Part shown: in pieces, positions 32,307 through 41,831 of the stretch | Layout: each line of letters opens with the position of its first letter | Position numbering within the stretch: position 1 is the first letter of the stretch | Assembly (NCBI GenBank): GCA_020148145.1 | Contig: JAHCRE010000011.1 | Coordinates: 3,360 to 67,359 of the forward strand | Reading direction: 5' to 3' | Length of the DNA: 64,000 nucleotides | Source of the DNA: Patescibacteria group bacterium | Lineage (GTDB): Bacteria > Patescibacteriota > Minisyncoccia > Minisyncoccales > JAHCRE01 | Translations under genes and position numbers: made by a program | Notes under the pieces: model-generated | What the model was told of the DNA's origin: nothing | Database searches by the model: none | The model's input: the letters and a program-made list of their open reading frames with translations, nothing else

Positions 32307-33447
32307 AAAAAGAGATGGCTGGGATTTTACAGAGGTACCTTTAAGAATCAGACAGGGTGGGGTTCATTTCTTTCATCACTATACAGCTAAATTTATACCT
32401 CAAATTCCAGAAAAATTTATTAAAATGTACTCCCAAAAACGAAATAATATCGTGGTCGATCCGTTTATGGGCTGTGGGACTACTTTGGTAGTTGCTAAAT
32501 TGATTGGTTGTCATTCCTACGGTGTAGATACCAATCCTTTAGCAGTTAAAATTACTAAAGTAAAAACAATGGTCGTTAACAAAAAAATTGTAGAGGAAAT
32601 AGATGATTTCATTCATTGGATTTCATCTCGTAAAGAATATAGAAAAACAAATAATACAAAATCTCTTTCCAAGACAGATTTTCGACAAGGGGAGAAAGGC
32701 ACATTTCTATTTGAAGGCAGTAAAGAGTGGTTTAGAAATGACGTAGCGGGCAAGATTAAAAACATATTAAATCGAACAAAAGTTTACGACGAACATGTAC
32801 GGGACTTTATAAAAGTCGGGGTTTCGGATTTATTAAAAGGTATGAGTAATGCCCGTATGGATATCAATGTTCCCACGCTTCCATCTCGCCCGATTTACAT
32901 AGATAAAAAGCATTATTATAGAAGGGTAAACAATCGGACAAGATACATTCCGGTTTATTCAAGAGTATTATCGCAAGTTTTAAGAATGAAAAAAGCAATT
33001 TTAGAGTTTAACAAGAACATAAATCATAATTTAATTTGTAAACCTAAGCTGGGCGATGCTAGAGAGTTAAGTAAACACGTAAAGTCGTGTAATCTTGTTA
33101 TAACTTCTCCACCATACTGGTCAGCTCAAAATTATCAGAAACTTCACATGCTCTCATTTAAGTTATTTGGTCTGAACATAGATGAGGAAGATGAAATTGG
33201 AAGGAATGGTCATGACCATTATCAAAAGGACATGGTAAAAGTTCAAGAAGAAATCGCAAAAATTCTTAAAGGATACTATGGTCTTGTTATAGGTAAAGAT
33301 AAGCGGAATCGAGAACATTTGAAGCTCGTAGAATCGGCTAAAAGAGTTGGTTTTAAATTAGTTGATAGGTTTGTTAGACGCTTAAGCAACCAAACATTTT
33401 TTTCTAAACAAATTAAAAATGAGTTTATTTATGTTTTTAAAGTTTAA
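32287..33447 (+). CDS. DNA amino-methyltransferase (N4-C or N6-A), motif I before motif IV
   Basis: VVDPFMGCGTTLVVA (FxGxG) near the N-terminus, ~200-aa insert, then VITSPPYW. Confidence 0.8.
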   Translation: MSKRKFKKRDGWDFTEVPLRIRQGGVHFFHHYTAKFIPQIPEKFIKMYSQKRNNIVVDPFMGCGTTLVVAKLIGCHSYGVDTNPLAVKITKVKTMVVNKKIVEEIDDFIHWISSRKEYRKTNNTKSLSKTDFRQGEKGTFLFEGSKEWFRNDVAGKIKNILNRTKVYDEHVRDFIKVGVSDLLKGMSNARMDINVPTLPSRPIYIDKKHYYRRVNNRTRYIPVYSRVLSQVLRMKKAILEFNKNINHNLICKPKLGDARELSKHVKSCNLVITSPPYWSAQNYQKLHMLSFKLFGLNIDEEDEIGRNGHDHYQKDMVKVQEEIAKILKGYYGLVIGKDKRNREHLKLVESAKRVGFKLVDRFVRRLSNQTFFSKQIKNEFIYVFKV

Positions 33448-33459
33448 ATTTTGATTATT

Positions 33460-34959
33460 ATGAAAACTTTTGATTTTAGCAAATCAGTAATTCAGGAGGT
33501 TATAGATGAATTCGATCGAGCAGAAAAATACATAAAAATAGCTATGTTTCAAATCCACAATGATTTAGTTATTGATAAATTATTCAAAAAAATTAAGGAG
33601 GGGTTAATAGTAGAAATAATAACATTACCTTATGATAGTATTCACGAGAACGTAAGAGAACATGTAACAGAGAGACTAGAAAAGCTTAAATCTAGAGGGG
33701 GTAATATTCTATTCTGTAAATGGAATGTTGGAGACCCTGAAAGAACCACGACAGCAGTGGGAAGGTGGTATTTATTTCATGGAAAGTTCATCGTAACGGA
33801 TAAGGCAGCGATTAGTCTTTCTGCAAATTTTATCCAAACTCCTGAGCTAGACGCAATCCTAATTTTCAGAAATGAGCAAGATAAGATTCAAGAATTTAAT
33901 AATAAATTCGAGGAACTAAAAGAGTTATTCATAATTGAAAATAATGGTTATGAAGGGAATATTAGACAAAAAATATCGGAGACAAAGCACCCAAGAGCTA
34001 AAGAAGTTTTTGCACTTCCAAGGGGAATAAGCGAAGTATATAAAAAAACATGGATACAACATTATCCATCTGAATTATGTCCTAAGGATGTAAATATAGA
34101 AGAAAAACTATATATAACTCCATTTGATTGTAGGGGAAGAAATTTTCTTATGAAGATTATTGATGAGGCCGAAAAATTCGTTTATATTTCCTCTGAAAGT
34201 TTCACTGATAAAGAATTTCCTAATTTCTTAAAAAAAATTAGATTCAAAAATATAGAGATAAAGTTATTAACTGAATTTGGAAGCATGGATTTTTCTGATA
34301 GAATACAAATTTTTATGAAAGAATTATTAGCAGCGGGCGTACAAATGAATACAACAAGAGAAGATTTACATGCCAAACTAGTAATTACAGATAAATTAAT
34401 CGCTATAACCTCAATAAATCTTAATAGAATAAATTTAGGATTTAAGAAAACCGGAGATTTTTGGAGAGAGAACACAGAGACAATACTAATATGTAGAGGT
34501 CACAACATAATAAGGAAAGCAAGACAGAAATATAACGCAATTTTTAATGCATCGGAAAAAATTATTGATAAAATGGCTGAGAGAAATTCATCAGTTGCTG
34601 GGAGACTATTTAGGGATGTGTTCAAAATTAGATCGGGTTCAGATGCTAAGCTATTTTTAGCTAAACTGAAATTGAATGTAGATATTAACAAAGAGAAATT
34701 TTTATTAGATGTTTTAAAACTAACCATTAAGCTAGCTAATAATTTTAATGTGAGAATAATTTCAAAAAAAGAAGTATTGATGGCTTTAATATTAAATTAT
34801 CTAAGTGAGAGGAAGCATGATTTCAATGAATTATCCGAGAAATTAGATCCAATTATAGAGCGAGCAGAAATAGAACCCGTCTTAGACATTCTTGTTTCAC
34901 GTAATCTAATTGTAAAGCAAGGAGAATTTTACAAGATAAACGTTGATGCAATTTTCTAA
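33460..34959 (+). CDS. PLD-family (two HKD motifs) nuclease, likely the restriction partner, with a C-terminal winged-helix-like region
   Basis: HGKFIVTD and HAKLVITD motifs; 3 nt after the MTase stop (TTG 33451 or ATG 33460). Confidence 0.7.
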   Translation: MKTFDFSKSVIQEVIDEFDRAEKYIKIAMFQIHNDLVIDKLFKKIKEGLIVEIITLPYDSIHENVREHVTERLEKLKSRGGNILFCKWNVGDPERTTTAVGRWYLFHGKFIVTDKAAISLSANFIQTPELDAILIFRNEQDKIQEFNNKFEELKELFIIENNGYEGNIRQKISETKHPRAKEVFALPRGISEVYKKTWIQHYPSELCPKDVNIEEKLYITPFDCRGRNFLMKIIDEAEKFVYISSESFTDKEFPNFLKKIRFKNIEIKLLTEFGSMDFSDRIQIFMKELLAAGVQMNTTREDLHAKLVITDKLIAITSINLNRINLGFKKTGDFWRENTETILICRGHNIIRKARQKYNAIFNASEKIIDKMAERNSSVAGRLFRDVFKIRSGSDAKLFLAKLKLNVDINKEKFLLDVLKLTIKLANNFNVRIISKKEVLMALILNYLSERKHDFNELSEKLDPIIERAEIEPVLDILVSRNLIVKQGEFYKINVDAIF

Positions 34960-34967
34960 GGCAAAAA

Positions 34968-34991
34968 AGCCCATCGCTGGGCTGTTTTTTT
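34968..34991 (+). terminator. rho-independent terminator after the R-M pair
   Basis: AGCCCATCGCTGGGCT + TTTTTTT. Confidence 0.65.
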
Positions 34992-35045
34992 ATCCAGTTT
35001 GACACTTATTAAAAAGCCAGCTACTTTGAAAGTGGGAGATTACTT

Positions 35046-35528
35046 ATGAAAGAAAAAAATAAATTAAAAAAGATAAAATATAAAATTAAAACAGCTCTCG
35101 ATCAATTATACAAAACTGATTATTTTCTATTCGAAAAAGATTTGTGTGAAAGATGTATAAATCATAAATTTGCAATATATTTGGAACAACAAAGTTTTGG
35201 TAAAGGATACTTTATCGACTGTGAATATAATAAATCCCATCTTAATCAAAGAACTAGCCCAAAAAGAGTCTCTAGTGAGAAAGGAAACTATATCGACATC
35301 ATTATCACCAAAAGAGACGGTAATTATAGGAACGATTTTATTTGTTTTGAGGTTAAGAAATGGAAGAATTATAGAAAGAAAAATAAGGATATAGAAAAAT
35401 TACAAATTTTAACCAAAGGAATACGATTTGGCTATGATTATGGTTTTTATGTCATTTTAGGAAGGACAAGAGATGAAACAAAAGTTGAAATATATAAAGG
35501 AGGAAAACTTTTAAAACACACTTTCTAG
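35046..35528 (+). CDS. PD-(D/E)xK nuclease-fold-like protein (160 aa)
   Basis: YIDIIITKRD ... FICFEVKKW (D..ExK pattern); SD GGGAG. Confidence 0.45.
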   Translation: MKEKNKLKKIKYKIKTALDQLYKTDYFLFEKDLCERCINHKFAIYLEQQSFGKGYFIDCEYNKSHLNQRTSPKRVSSEKGNYIDIIITKRDGNYRNDFICFEVKKWKNYRKKNKDIEKLQILTKGIRFGYDYGFYVILGRTRDETKVEIYKGGKLLKHTF

Positions 35529-35639
35529 GATGATTTAAATGGTGTTGGAACATCCTTAAGTGTCGGGCAAGGTATTTATGCGAGGTTTAGCAAAAACATA
35601 AAAGGTCGAAGAATTAATTGAGAAATAACAAAAAATATT

Positions 35640-37190
35640 ATGGCGAAAAGATTTAACAAAACTGACAAAGTTGTAATAGAACCAAAAGAAGAATTTGCTT
35701 ATGGATATATCATCAAAGCTTTAGCAGGAGGACTATACCCAAACAAGTTTCATGTTATTAGAGAATATATTCAGAATGCTTTTGATGCAGTAGTTAATTG
35801 GAAAGATACTCATAATGGCTCAAATGTTATTGTAAAAATAACAGTTAAAAAGCCCTCTATATTTATATTTGACAACGGAACAGGCATGAATAGGGTTACG
35901 CTTAACGAGTACAGGAAAGTAGGATATTCAAGGAAAAAAATAGGCGAGGCTGTTGGATTTAGGGGCATAGGGAAACTAGCCGGTATTTCAGTGGCCAGAA
36001 AATTAATAGTTACAACAAGTCCTTATGGCGTTAAAGAAAAATACGCTCTGGAATTTGATGCCGAGAGAATGCTTAAAGAGATCGATGATTTAAAAAAACG
36101 TAAGCAGAACATACCCCTCAATACACTGATAGAAAAATATACGAACATAAGCTCCGATGTCGAAAAGGCAGACAAGCATTATACATTTATAGAGCTTCAT
36201 GGAATAAAGCAGGATTCGAAGATTCTTTTTGATAAAAATAAGCTAAAAGACTACATTTCGAAAAATACACCCGTTCCTTTTGATCCAAACTTTGTTTACG
36301 GAAAAGAAATCGAAGATGGAATTAAGAAATTAGTTGATGACTATAACTGCGTAAATATTTTTGTAGACGGTGATAATATCTATAAGCCTTACATTCCGAA
36401 CCTAAACAATCCTAGACACATCGTAGTCTGGGAAAAAAACAAAACAAAAATATTAGGATACTGCTGGTATTGCGAAAACAAAAAAAGGGGGCAGATAAAG
36501 CCTATTGACAAAGCAGGTTTGGTTTATAGATACAAAAATTTTGCAGTTGGAGACCATGATTTGCCTAGGCGAACATTGTGGGATACTTCTACCCATCTAG
36601 CTTTTTACTTTATAGGGGAGATTTACATTTGTGATAAGAATATGTTACCAACTGCACAAAGAGATGATTTTGAGCAGACATCAGCTCGTAGTAGATTTTA
36701 TAATGAAGGTGTCCAGATTTCAAAGGAAATTAACAGAATAGCTAGGGCAAGTTCTGGAATAAGAAGGGCGTTGCATTATGTCGATGTTGGAAAGAACCTA
36801 ATTTCAGAAGTTAAACAGGACCTTCAGAAGCAGGAGCATTATTTAAAAGACCTCGGTGCGGAAAAAGTCGCACAGATTTACAATGTCATAAAAGGCATAA
36901 AAGAAAGAAAAAAGAATATTCCTAAAAAAAATAAGAAGAATAGAATTCTGGCAGACAAAGTCGTTAAGCAAGGGGAATTGTTGCTTAAGAAATTTGGAGG
37001 TGTCAAAAGATTAAGTAGGGAGTATGATATAACAAGAAAAATCAATCTCAATGCTCAGGCTAAAGATGTATATTCTGTGGCTATCAGAACTCTGAAAGAT
37101 TTTTTTATTGGTAACCAGCAAGAACTAGAAAAGGCGATAAGGCTTTTTCAGAAAAACTTGACGACCTTTTTCTCAAAAAAGAACAAATGA
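35640..37190 (+). CDS. GHKL (Bergerat-fold) ATPase, MORC/paraMORC-like, unknown C-terminal half
   Basis: REYIQNAFDA (N box), FDNGTGM (G1), GFRGIGKLAG (G2); AAGGTCGAA box 36 nt upstream. Confidence 0.75.
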   Translation: MAKRFNKTDKVVIEPKEEFAYGYIIKALAGGLYPNKFHVIREYIQNAFDAVVNWKDTHNGSNVIVKITVKKPSIFIFDNGTGMNRVTLNEYRKVGYSRKKIGEAVGFRGIGKLAGISVARKLIVTTSPYGVKEKYALEFDAERMLKEIDDLKKRKQNIPLNTLIEKYTNISSDVEKADKHYTFIELHGIKQDSKILFDKNKLKDYISKNTPVPFDPNFVYGKEIEDGIKKLVDDYNCVNIFVDGDNIYKPYIPNLNNPRHIVVWEKNKTKILGYCWYCENKKRGQIKPIDKAGLVYRYKNFAVGDHDLPRRTLWDTSTHLAFYFIGEIYICDKNMLPTAQRDDFEQTSARSRFYNEGVQISKEINRIARASSGIRRALHYVDVGKNLISEVKQDLQKQEHYLKDLGAEKVAQIYNVIKGIKERKKNIPKKNKKNRILADKVVKQGELLLKKFGGVKRLSREYDITRKINLNAQAKDVYSVAIRTLKDFFIGNQQELEKAIRLFQKNLTTFFSKKNK

Positions 37191-38059
37191 AATTTATGAA
37201 ACATAGACAGTATGAATCTACCGAAAATAAAGATAGGGTTAGAAAAGAAGATAAGGAGTTGATAGAAAAAGAATTTAAGAAAAAGAAAGCTAAATTATCG
37301 TACCTCGGCATGCCTTCTGGAGAATTGAAAGATATTTTAGAATGGCGAGATTATTTAGACAGATGTACGGCAGTTGAAAATAATTTTGTTCAAAGACATG
37401 AGCTGGCATTAAATGTTGTTCGTTTTAATTTAAATGGTAAAATTGATATTCTTTTTGGAGATATAGACGATATTTTGATAAAGGGGAAAGATAAGTACGA
37501 TAATAAATTGATATTTCCTTATGATATTATATTTCTTGATTATTTCGGCGGCATTTTATATAGAGGACTTAGAAGAGTCAATGCTATAGCTTCTCTTATT
37601 TCTAAACAGAGAGGGAATTCTTTTTTGTTGTTCCTAACTTTTAATCTTAAGGAGAGCAGATATGCTAAGAATACAATCGTGGATACGCTTAGAAAGATTA
37701 AACAGGAGTTGTCAGTATTCTGCTGGGATGAAAAAACAAAAAAACAAATAGTAGAGATTACTAAGTGGTATGAGGATGCGGAAGAGATTTACAGACAGAA
37801 AATATTCGTACCATATTTTATTAAAACTAATGCTGAAAATGTAGGATTTGAAGTGTATGCTTACCCACCTGTCTTTTATGAAGGTTTTAGAAAGAATCCC
37901 ATGTTACATTTCGCTTTCAAGTTAGTACCTGAAGGAAAATTTCCCACAAAGGCAGTGAGCAAGCAGACAATAATTGATATAATAAATCTTGATCTAAAAG
38001 GAGTTTCCAGGGGGATGGTAAGTGTTTTAAAAAAGAGGTCGCCAAATTTAAAAATATAA
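37187..38059 (+). CDS. unknown protein with a Rossmann/SAM-MTase-like motif order
   Basis: LSYLGMPSG .. AVENN .. FGDIDD .. IIFLDYFGG; ATGA overlap with the GHKL stop; no DPPY/NPPY. Confidence 0.55.
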   Translation: MKFMKHRQYESTENKDRVRKEDKELIEKEFKKKKAKLSYLGMPSGELKDILEWRDYLDRCTAVENNFVQRHELALNVVRFNLNGKIDILFGDIDDILIKGKDKYDNKLIFPYDIIFLDYFGGILYRGLRRVNAIASLISKQRGNSFLLFLTFNLKESRYAKNTIVDTLRKIKQELSVFCWDEKTKKQIVEITKWYEDAEEIYRQKIFVPYFIKTNAENVGFEVYAYPPVFYEGFRKNPMLHFAFKLVPEGKFPTKAVSKQTIIDIINLDLKGVSRGMVSVLKKRSPNLKI

Positions 38060-38077
38060 TATATTACACTTTTAAAT

Positions 38078-39193
38078 ATGAACAAAAGAGGCAAAATGAA
38101 AGTCCTATTAGTCGAACCAAATTTCCCAATACCACCCAAAAGTAAGAACCACAGGGATTTTTTGCCTATCGGCTTATTGAAGCTAGCGAGTTATCATAGG
38201 GATAAAGGTGATAAAATAAAGCTTGTTAGGGGCGACCATTATTTTTTTGATTTTTATCCCAATCAAGTAAAAATAACTTCGCTTTTTACATATTGGTTTA
38301 ATTATGTATGGGAGAGTGTAAAGTTCTATAAAGAAAACTATCCGAAGGCCAAAGTAATAGTAGGCGGTATCTACGCGTCATTAATGCCAGAGCATTGCAG
38401 AAAATCAGGTTGCGATGAAGTATTTATTGGAGTGGATAACAAGGTTGAGAAATTCAAGCCTGCTTATGATCTTGTGGATGTGGATTATCAAATTGTCCAT
38501 GCTTCAAGAGGCTGTATTAGGAGGTGCAAATTCTGCGGAACTTGGAAAATCGAACCGAAATTTACTTATAAAAAGAGCATAAAAGATGAGGTATGCAGTA
38601 ATAGGATAATATTTTATGACAATAACCTTTTGGCTAATCCGCACATAAAGGAAATCCTTGAAGAATTGAAAAATGCCAAGCACAACGACAGGGTTGTGTA
38701 TTCGGAAAGCCAATGCGGTATTGACGGAAGGCTTCTGACTCCTGAAGTGGCTAAATTATTAAAACAAGCGAGATTCCTTAATCCAAGGATTGCTTGGGAT
38801 CACGGTTATGCACAAAGGCGTATGATAAAAAAACAGATTGATATGCTTGTTGATGCGGGCTATCCTGCAAAAGAAATTTATGTTTTTATGATTTATAACT
38901 TCGAACAGGATTATTATGAAATGCTGAAAAAGCTGAAGCAATGCAAGGGATGGGGTGTGCAGATAGCTGATTGTAGGTATAGGCCCCTGAATCAAATTTT
39001 TGACAATTACAATCCAAGAGAAAAGCAGACAGACAAGGATTATTTCATATATCCAAAATGGACAGATAGGCAGATAAAGCTCTTCAGGAAAAAAGTAAGG
39101 CAGCAGAATATTATGATAAGACATGGTTTTAGTCTTTATAGTAAAGAGCTGGAAAGATTGGGGGCAAAGAGAAGGATGAATAAGTCCCACTAA
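38078..39193 (+). CDS. B12-binding-domain radical SAM protein
   Basis: N-terminal KVLLVEPN..LPIGLLKLASY Rossmann-like region; ASRGCIRRCKFCGTW (CxxxCxxC). Confidence 0.75.
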   Translation: MNKRGKMKVLLVEPNFPIPPKSKNHRDFLPIGLLKLASYHRDKGDKIKLVRGDHYFFDFYPNQVKITSLFTYWFNYVWESVKFYKENYPKAKVIVGGIYASLMPEHCRKSGCDEVFIGVDNKVEKFKPAYDLVDVDYQIVHASRGCIRRCKFCGTWKIEPKFTYKKSIKDEVCSNRIIFYDNNLLANPHIKEILEELKNAKHNDRVVYSESQCGIDGRLLTPEVAKLLKQARFLNPRIAWDHGYAQRRMIKKQIDMLVDAGYPAKEIYVFMIYNFEQDYYEMLKKLKQCKGWGVQIADCRYRPLNQIFDNYNPREKQTDKDYFIYPKWTDRQIKLFRKKVRQQNIMIRHGFSLYSKELERLGAKRRMNKSH

Positions 39194-39305
39194 ATCTGCT
39201 ACCGAACCAATTAATTAACAATCCTCCTGCACTCTGGGGAGTTCCGGAGGACAAGAAATAACTCCTTAGAAAAAATTGAAGATTTCTTACGGGGCAGGGA
39301 ATTAA

Positions 39306-39572
39306 TTGAGAAATAAAACTATGGGCAAGTCAGGTAGAAAGATAAGGTCGACAGGAAATAATTTAAGAACATGCGAAGTATTAACCAAGGATGGTGTGTG
39401 GAGAGCTGGGTTTTTGTTTATCGATTCTTCTGATTATCTTGTTCTTGCTAATAATATTTATAACGACTCATTGATGGGTCCACTTAAACAAAGAAAAATC
39501 AGATGTATACATAAAGAAGCTGATTTTACAGTCTTTCCTCGTGAGAAAGTGTGTAATATAAAATTTTTCTAG
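39306..39572 (+). CDS. hypothetical protein (start uncertain: TTG 39306 or ATG 39321)
   Basis: ORF only. Confidence 0.4.
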   Translation: MRNKTMGKSGRKIRSTGNNLRTCEVLTKDGVWRAGFLFIDSSDYLVLANNIYNDSLMGPLKQRKIRCIHKEADFTVFPREKVCNIKFF

Positions 39573-39579
39573 CGGAGGT

Positions 39580-40011
39580 ATGATTATTTCATCCCCAACA
39601 CTTGAATATTTAATTATTGTTCCGGACAAAGCACGTTCTTTCCGATCTCGTTACGCTAAAACATATCGGGAAAAAGTACGCGAATGCGCCAAAGCTGTCA
39701 TCAAAAAAATGTTTTACAGTGACGATATCAATCTTAAGATGGACTATTTCTACAGAGGAAATCGAAACGTCGATATGGATAATGTTACCAAGAATGTAAT
39801 GGATGCATTGACGGGTTTAGTTTATCCAGATGACAAATTGGTCAAAGATCAGAGTTCTAGGGCGCATCGGATCGATAAGGTTACGAGTATAAAACGAGAA
39901 GTGTTCGATATATTCAAACCATTGCTTCATTACAAAGAATATCTAGCGATACGTATAAGCTCGAAGAGTTGCTTTCACAGGAAACAAGCTAGCAAAAGAA
40001 CGAACGATTAA
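39580..40011 (+). CDS. rusA: RusA-family Holliday junction resolvase
   Basis: NVDMDNVTKNVMDALTGLVYPDDKLV (D-DN-K..D.L.G..Y.DD). Confidence 0.7.
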   Translation: MIISSPTLEYLIIVPDKARSFRSRYAKTYREKVRECAKAVIKKMFYSDDINLKMDYFYRGNRNVDMDNVTKNVMDALTGLVYPDDKLVKDQSSRAHRIDKVTSIKREVFDIFKPLLHYKEYLAIRISSKSCFHRKQASKRTND

Positions 40012-40070
40012 TGTCGCACAATACACCTTGTAAGACAAAGAAAACCGTTAGGGTAGGGAAGTAGCGGTTT
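40011..40070 (+). terminator. ATGTCGCACAATA motif (inverted relative to 28541) plus AAACCGTTAGGGTAGGGAAGTAGCGGTTT hairpin
   Basis: motif overlaps the last base of the rusA stop codon; hairpin then T-run. Confidence 0.6.
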
Positions 40071-40081
40071 TATTTTTATTA

Positions 40082-40109
40082 TTGACAAAGTCTATATTTA
40101 GCATATAAT
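40082..40109 (+). promoter_or_regulatory. consensus promoter TTGACA-N16-TATAAT
   Basis: ATTGACAAAGTCTATATTTAGCATATAAT. Confidence 0.6.
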
Positions 40110-40138
40110 GTAGGTAGCACAAAATTGGAGGGAGATAG

Positions 40139-40576
40139 TTGGGTATAAAACAAGTTGAGGAAGCTAGTCTTGAAGGATACGAGGGACCAATTTTTCCTGA
40201 AGAGATCAAAGAACTAAACAAAATACTCAGGGCAGTAGTGCGAAAGCATCTCCGACAAAAGGACATAGATACATTGAAAGAAATCGAAAATGTAGAGAGA
40301 ATTTCTTATGCTATCGTTACCACAGACCGTTATCGTTGGAACTTCGCTTTATTTGCCAGAATGCGAAAGAGTGGAGAAGTTATTGTTGTTTTTCCACGAT
40401 TGACATCCTTTGTTTTAGATAGGTCTGTCGCCGTCTATGTTAAATCAAAAGCTTCAATTAGTGTTCAGGAAGTCAATGTGTTCCTTGAAAGGATTCAACT
40501 CAGATTTCACAGAGCCTGGAGAAGACAAACGAGAAAAGAACTTCAGGAAATCCTTGACCCAATATCTAAAGACTAA
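40139..40576 (+). CDS. hypothetical protein (145 aa, TTG start)
   Basis: SD GGAGGGAG; hairpin terminator 40578-40616. Confidence 0.55.
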   Translation: MGIKQVEEASLEGYEGPIFPEEIKELNKILRAVVRKHLRQKDIDTLKEIENVERISYAIVTTDRYRWNFALFARMRKSGEVIVVFPRLTSFVLDRSVAVYVKSKASISVQEVNVFLERIQLRFHRAWRRQTRKELQEILDPISKD

Positions 40577-40825
40577 AGGGAGGTAAAATCACAATATTTT
40601 TTCCTCCCGTTTTTTTATATATAAACTCTGTAGGGGAGTAGAGGCCTTCCACTTGACATAGCCTCTTCGGCTATTTATTATGAATATAGAGAGGGTCGCA
40701 CAATGTAGGTTAAGCGACACTTTATATCTGAAGAGAAGTACCGCTTAACCTGACGCAGATTTTGCGCACATTTAAGTAAATATCGCAAGAATCTGCTCTT
40801 TCTTATATTTTTATAAAAAATAATT

Positions 40826-41782
40826 ATGAAAAAATCAGACAAACCAATTATAAAACATATCCCCGACTTTTTGGATTATTGCGAAATAGAAAAAGGATTA
40901 TCAGAAAAAACTCAAGAGAATTATGATCGCTACCTCCGGAAGTTCGTTTTCTGGCTGAAAAGGACCAAAAAAGAGGCTCTTTTGCCCCACGAGCTAAGTG
41001 CTGATGATATTTGGCATTATAGACTCTATTTATCGAGATATAAGGATAATAAGGGCAAAATCCTTAAAAAAACCACCCAGAACTACTATTTAATCGCTCT
41101 GAGAGCCCTTTTAAGCTATTTTACAGCCAAAGATATAGTTTCACCTCCGGTGGATAAAATAAAGCTCCCAAAGGATGCTAGAAGGGCAAAAACCGTCAAA
41201 TTCCTTAAATTAGAGCAGGTTGAGAAGCTTTTAATGACCCCTAATACTAAAAACAAGATTGGTTTAAGAAACAGGGCTATTTTAGAGACATTATTCTCAA
41301 CCGGCCTAAGAATAGCTGAACTTGTGGCCCTTAATAAAGAACAATTCGCTAATATAAGAAATAAAAAGGATTTGGAGCTTTCAATTATAGGCAAAGGAGA
41401 TGTTCCCCGAACAGTATATTTTTCAGAGCGTGCCTTATCTTGGGTTAAAAAATATTTGGAGACTCGCAAGGATAAGGAAAAAGCCCTATTTATTCATTAT
41501 AGGGCTAGAAAAGACGTAGAATGCCGTTTAACAGCTCGTTCTATAGAAAGAATTGTTAAAAAATATGCAATCTTGGCTGGGGTGCCGATTTTTACTACTC
41601 CCCATACCATCCGCCATTCTTTTGCCACCGATCTCTTAGCGAAAGGCGTTGACTTAAGAACCATACAGGAATTCTTAGGCCACAAAAATATTGTTACCAC
41701 TCAGATATATACCCATGTGACAAGTAAGCGCTTAAGAGACATCCATCGCAAATTTCATAGTGGAAAAAAATTAAAAGAATAA
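40826..41782 (+). CDS. tyrosine recombinase, XerC/XerD family (island integrase or housekeeping Xer)
   Basis: NRAILETLFSTGLRIAELVAL, HTIRHSFATDLL, LGHKNIVTTQIYTHV (R..HxxR..Y). Confidence 0.85.
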   Translation: MKKSDKPIIKHIPDFLDYCEIEKGLSEKTQENYDRYLRKFVFWLKRTKKEALLPHELSADDIWHYRLYLSRYKDNKGKILKKTTQNYYLIALRALLSYFTAKDIVSPPVDKIKLPKDARRAKTVKFLKLEQVEKLLMTPNTKNKIGLRNRAILETLFSTGLRIAELVALNKEQFANIRNKKDLELSIIGKGDVPRTVYFSERALSWVKKYLETRKDKEKALFIHYRARKDVECRLTARSIERIVKKYAILAGVPIFTTPHTIRHSFATDLLAKGVDLRTIQEFLGHKNIVTTQIYTHVTSKRLRDIHRKFHSGKKLKE

Positions 41783-41831
41783 AAAAAACGGGGTTAATCC
41801 TCTCTATGGGCTAACCCCTTTTTGGGAATCT

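Larger units (their letters stand above)
31831..41790 (+). mobile_element. putative integrative island (excisionase-like HTH ... tyrosine recombinase) with defence cargo
   Basis: xis-like gene at the left, Xer/integrase at the right, RusA, R-M genes; left edge is where the 20850 and 31815 terminator flanks stop matching; no convincing direct att repeats found. Confidence 0.5.
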
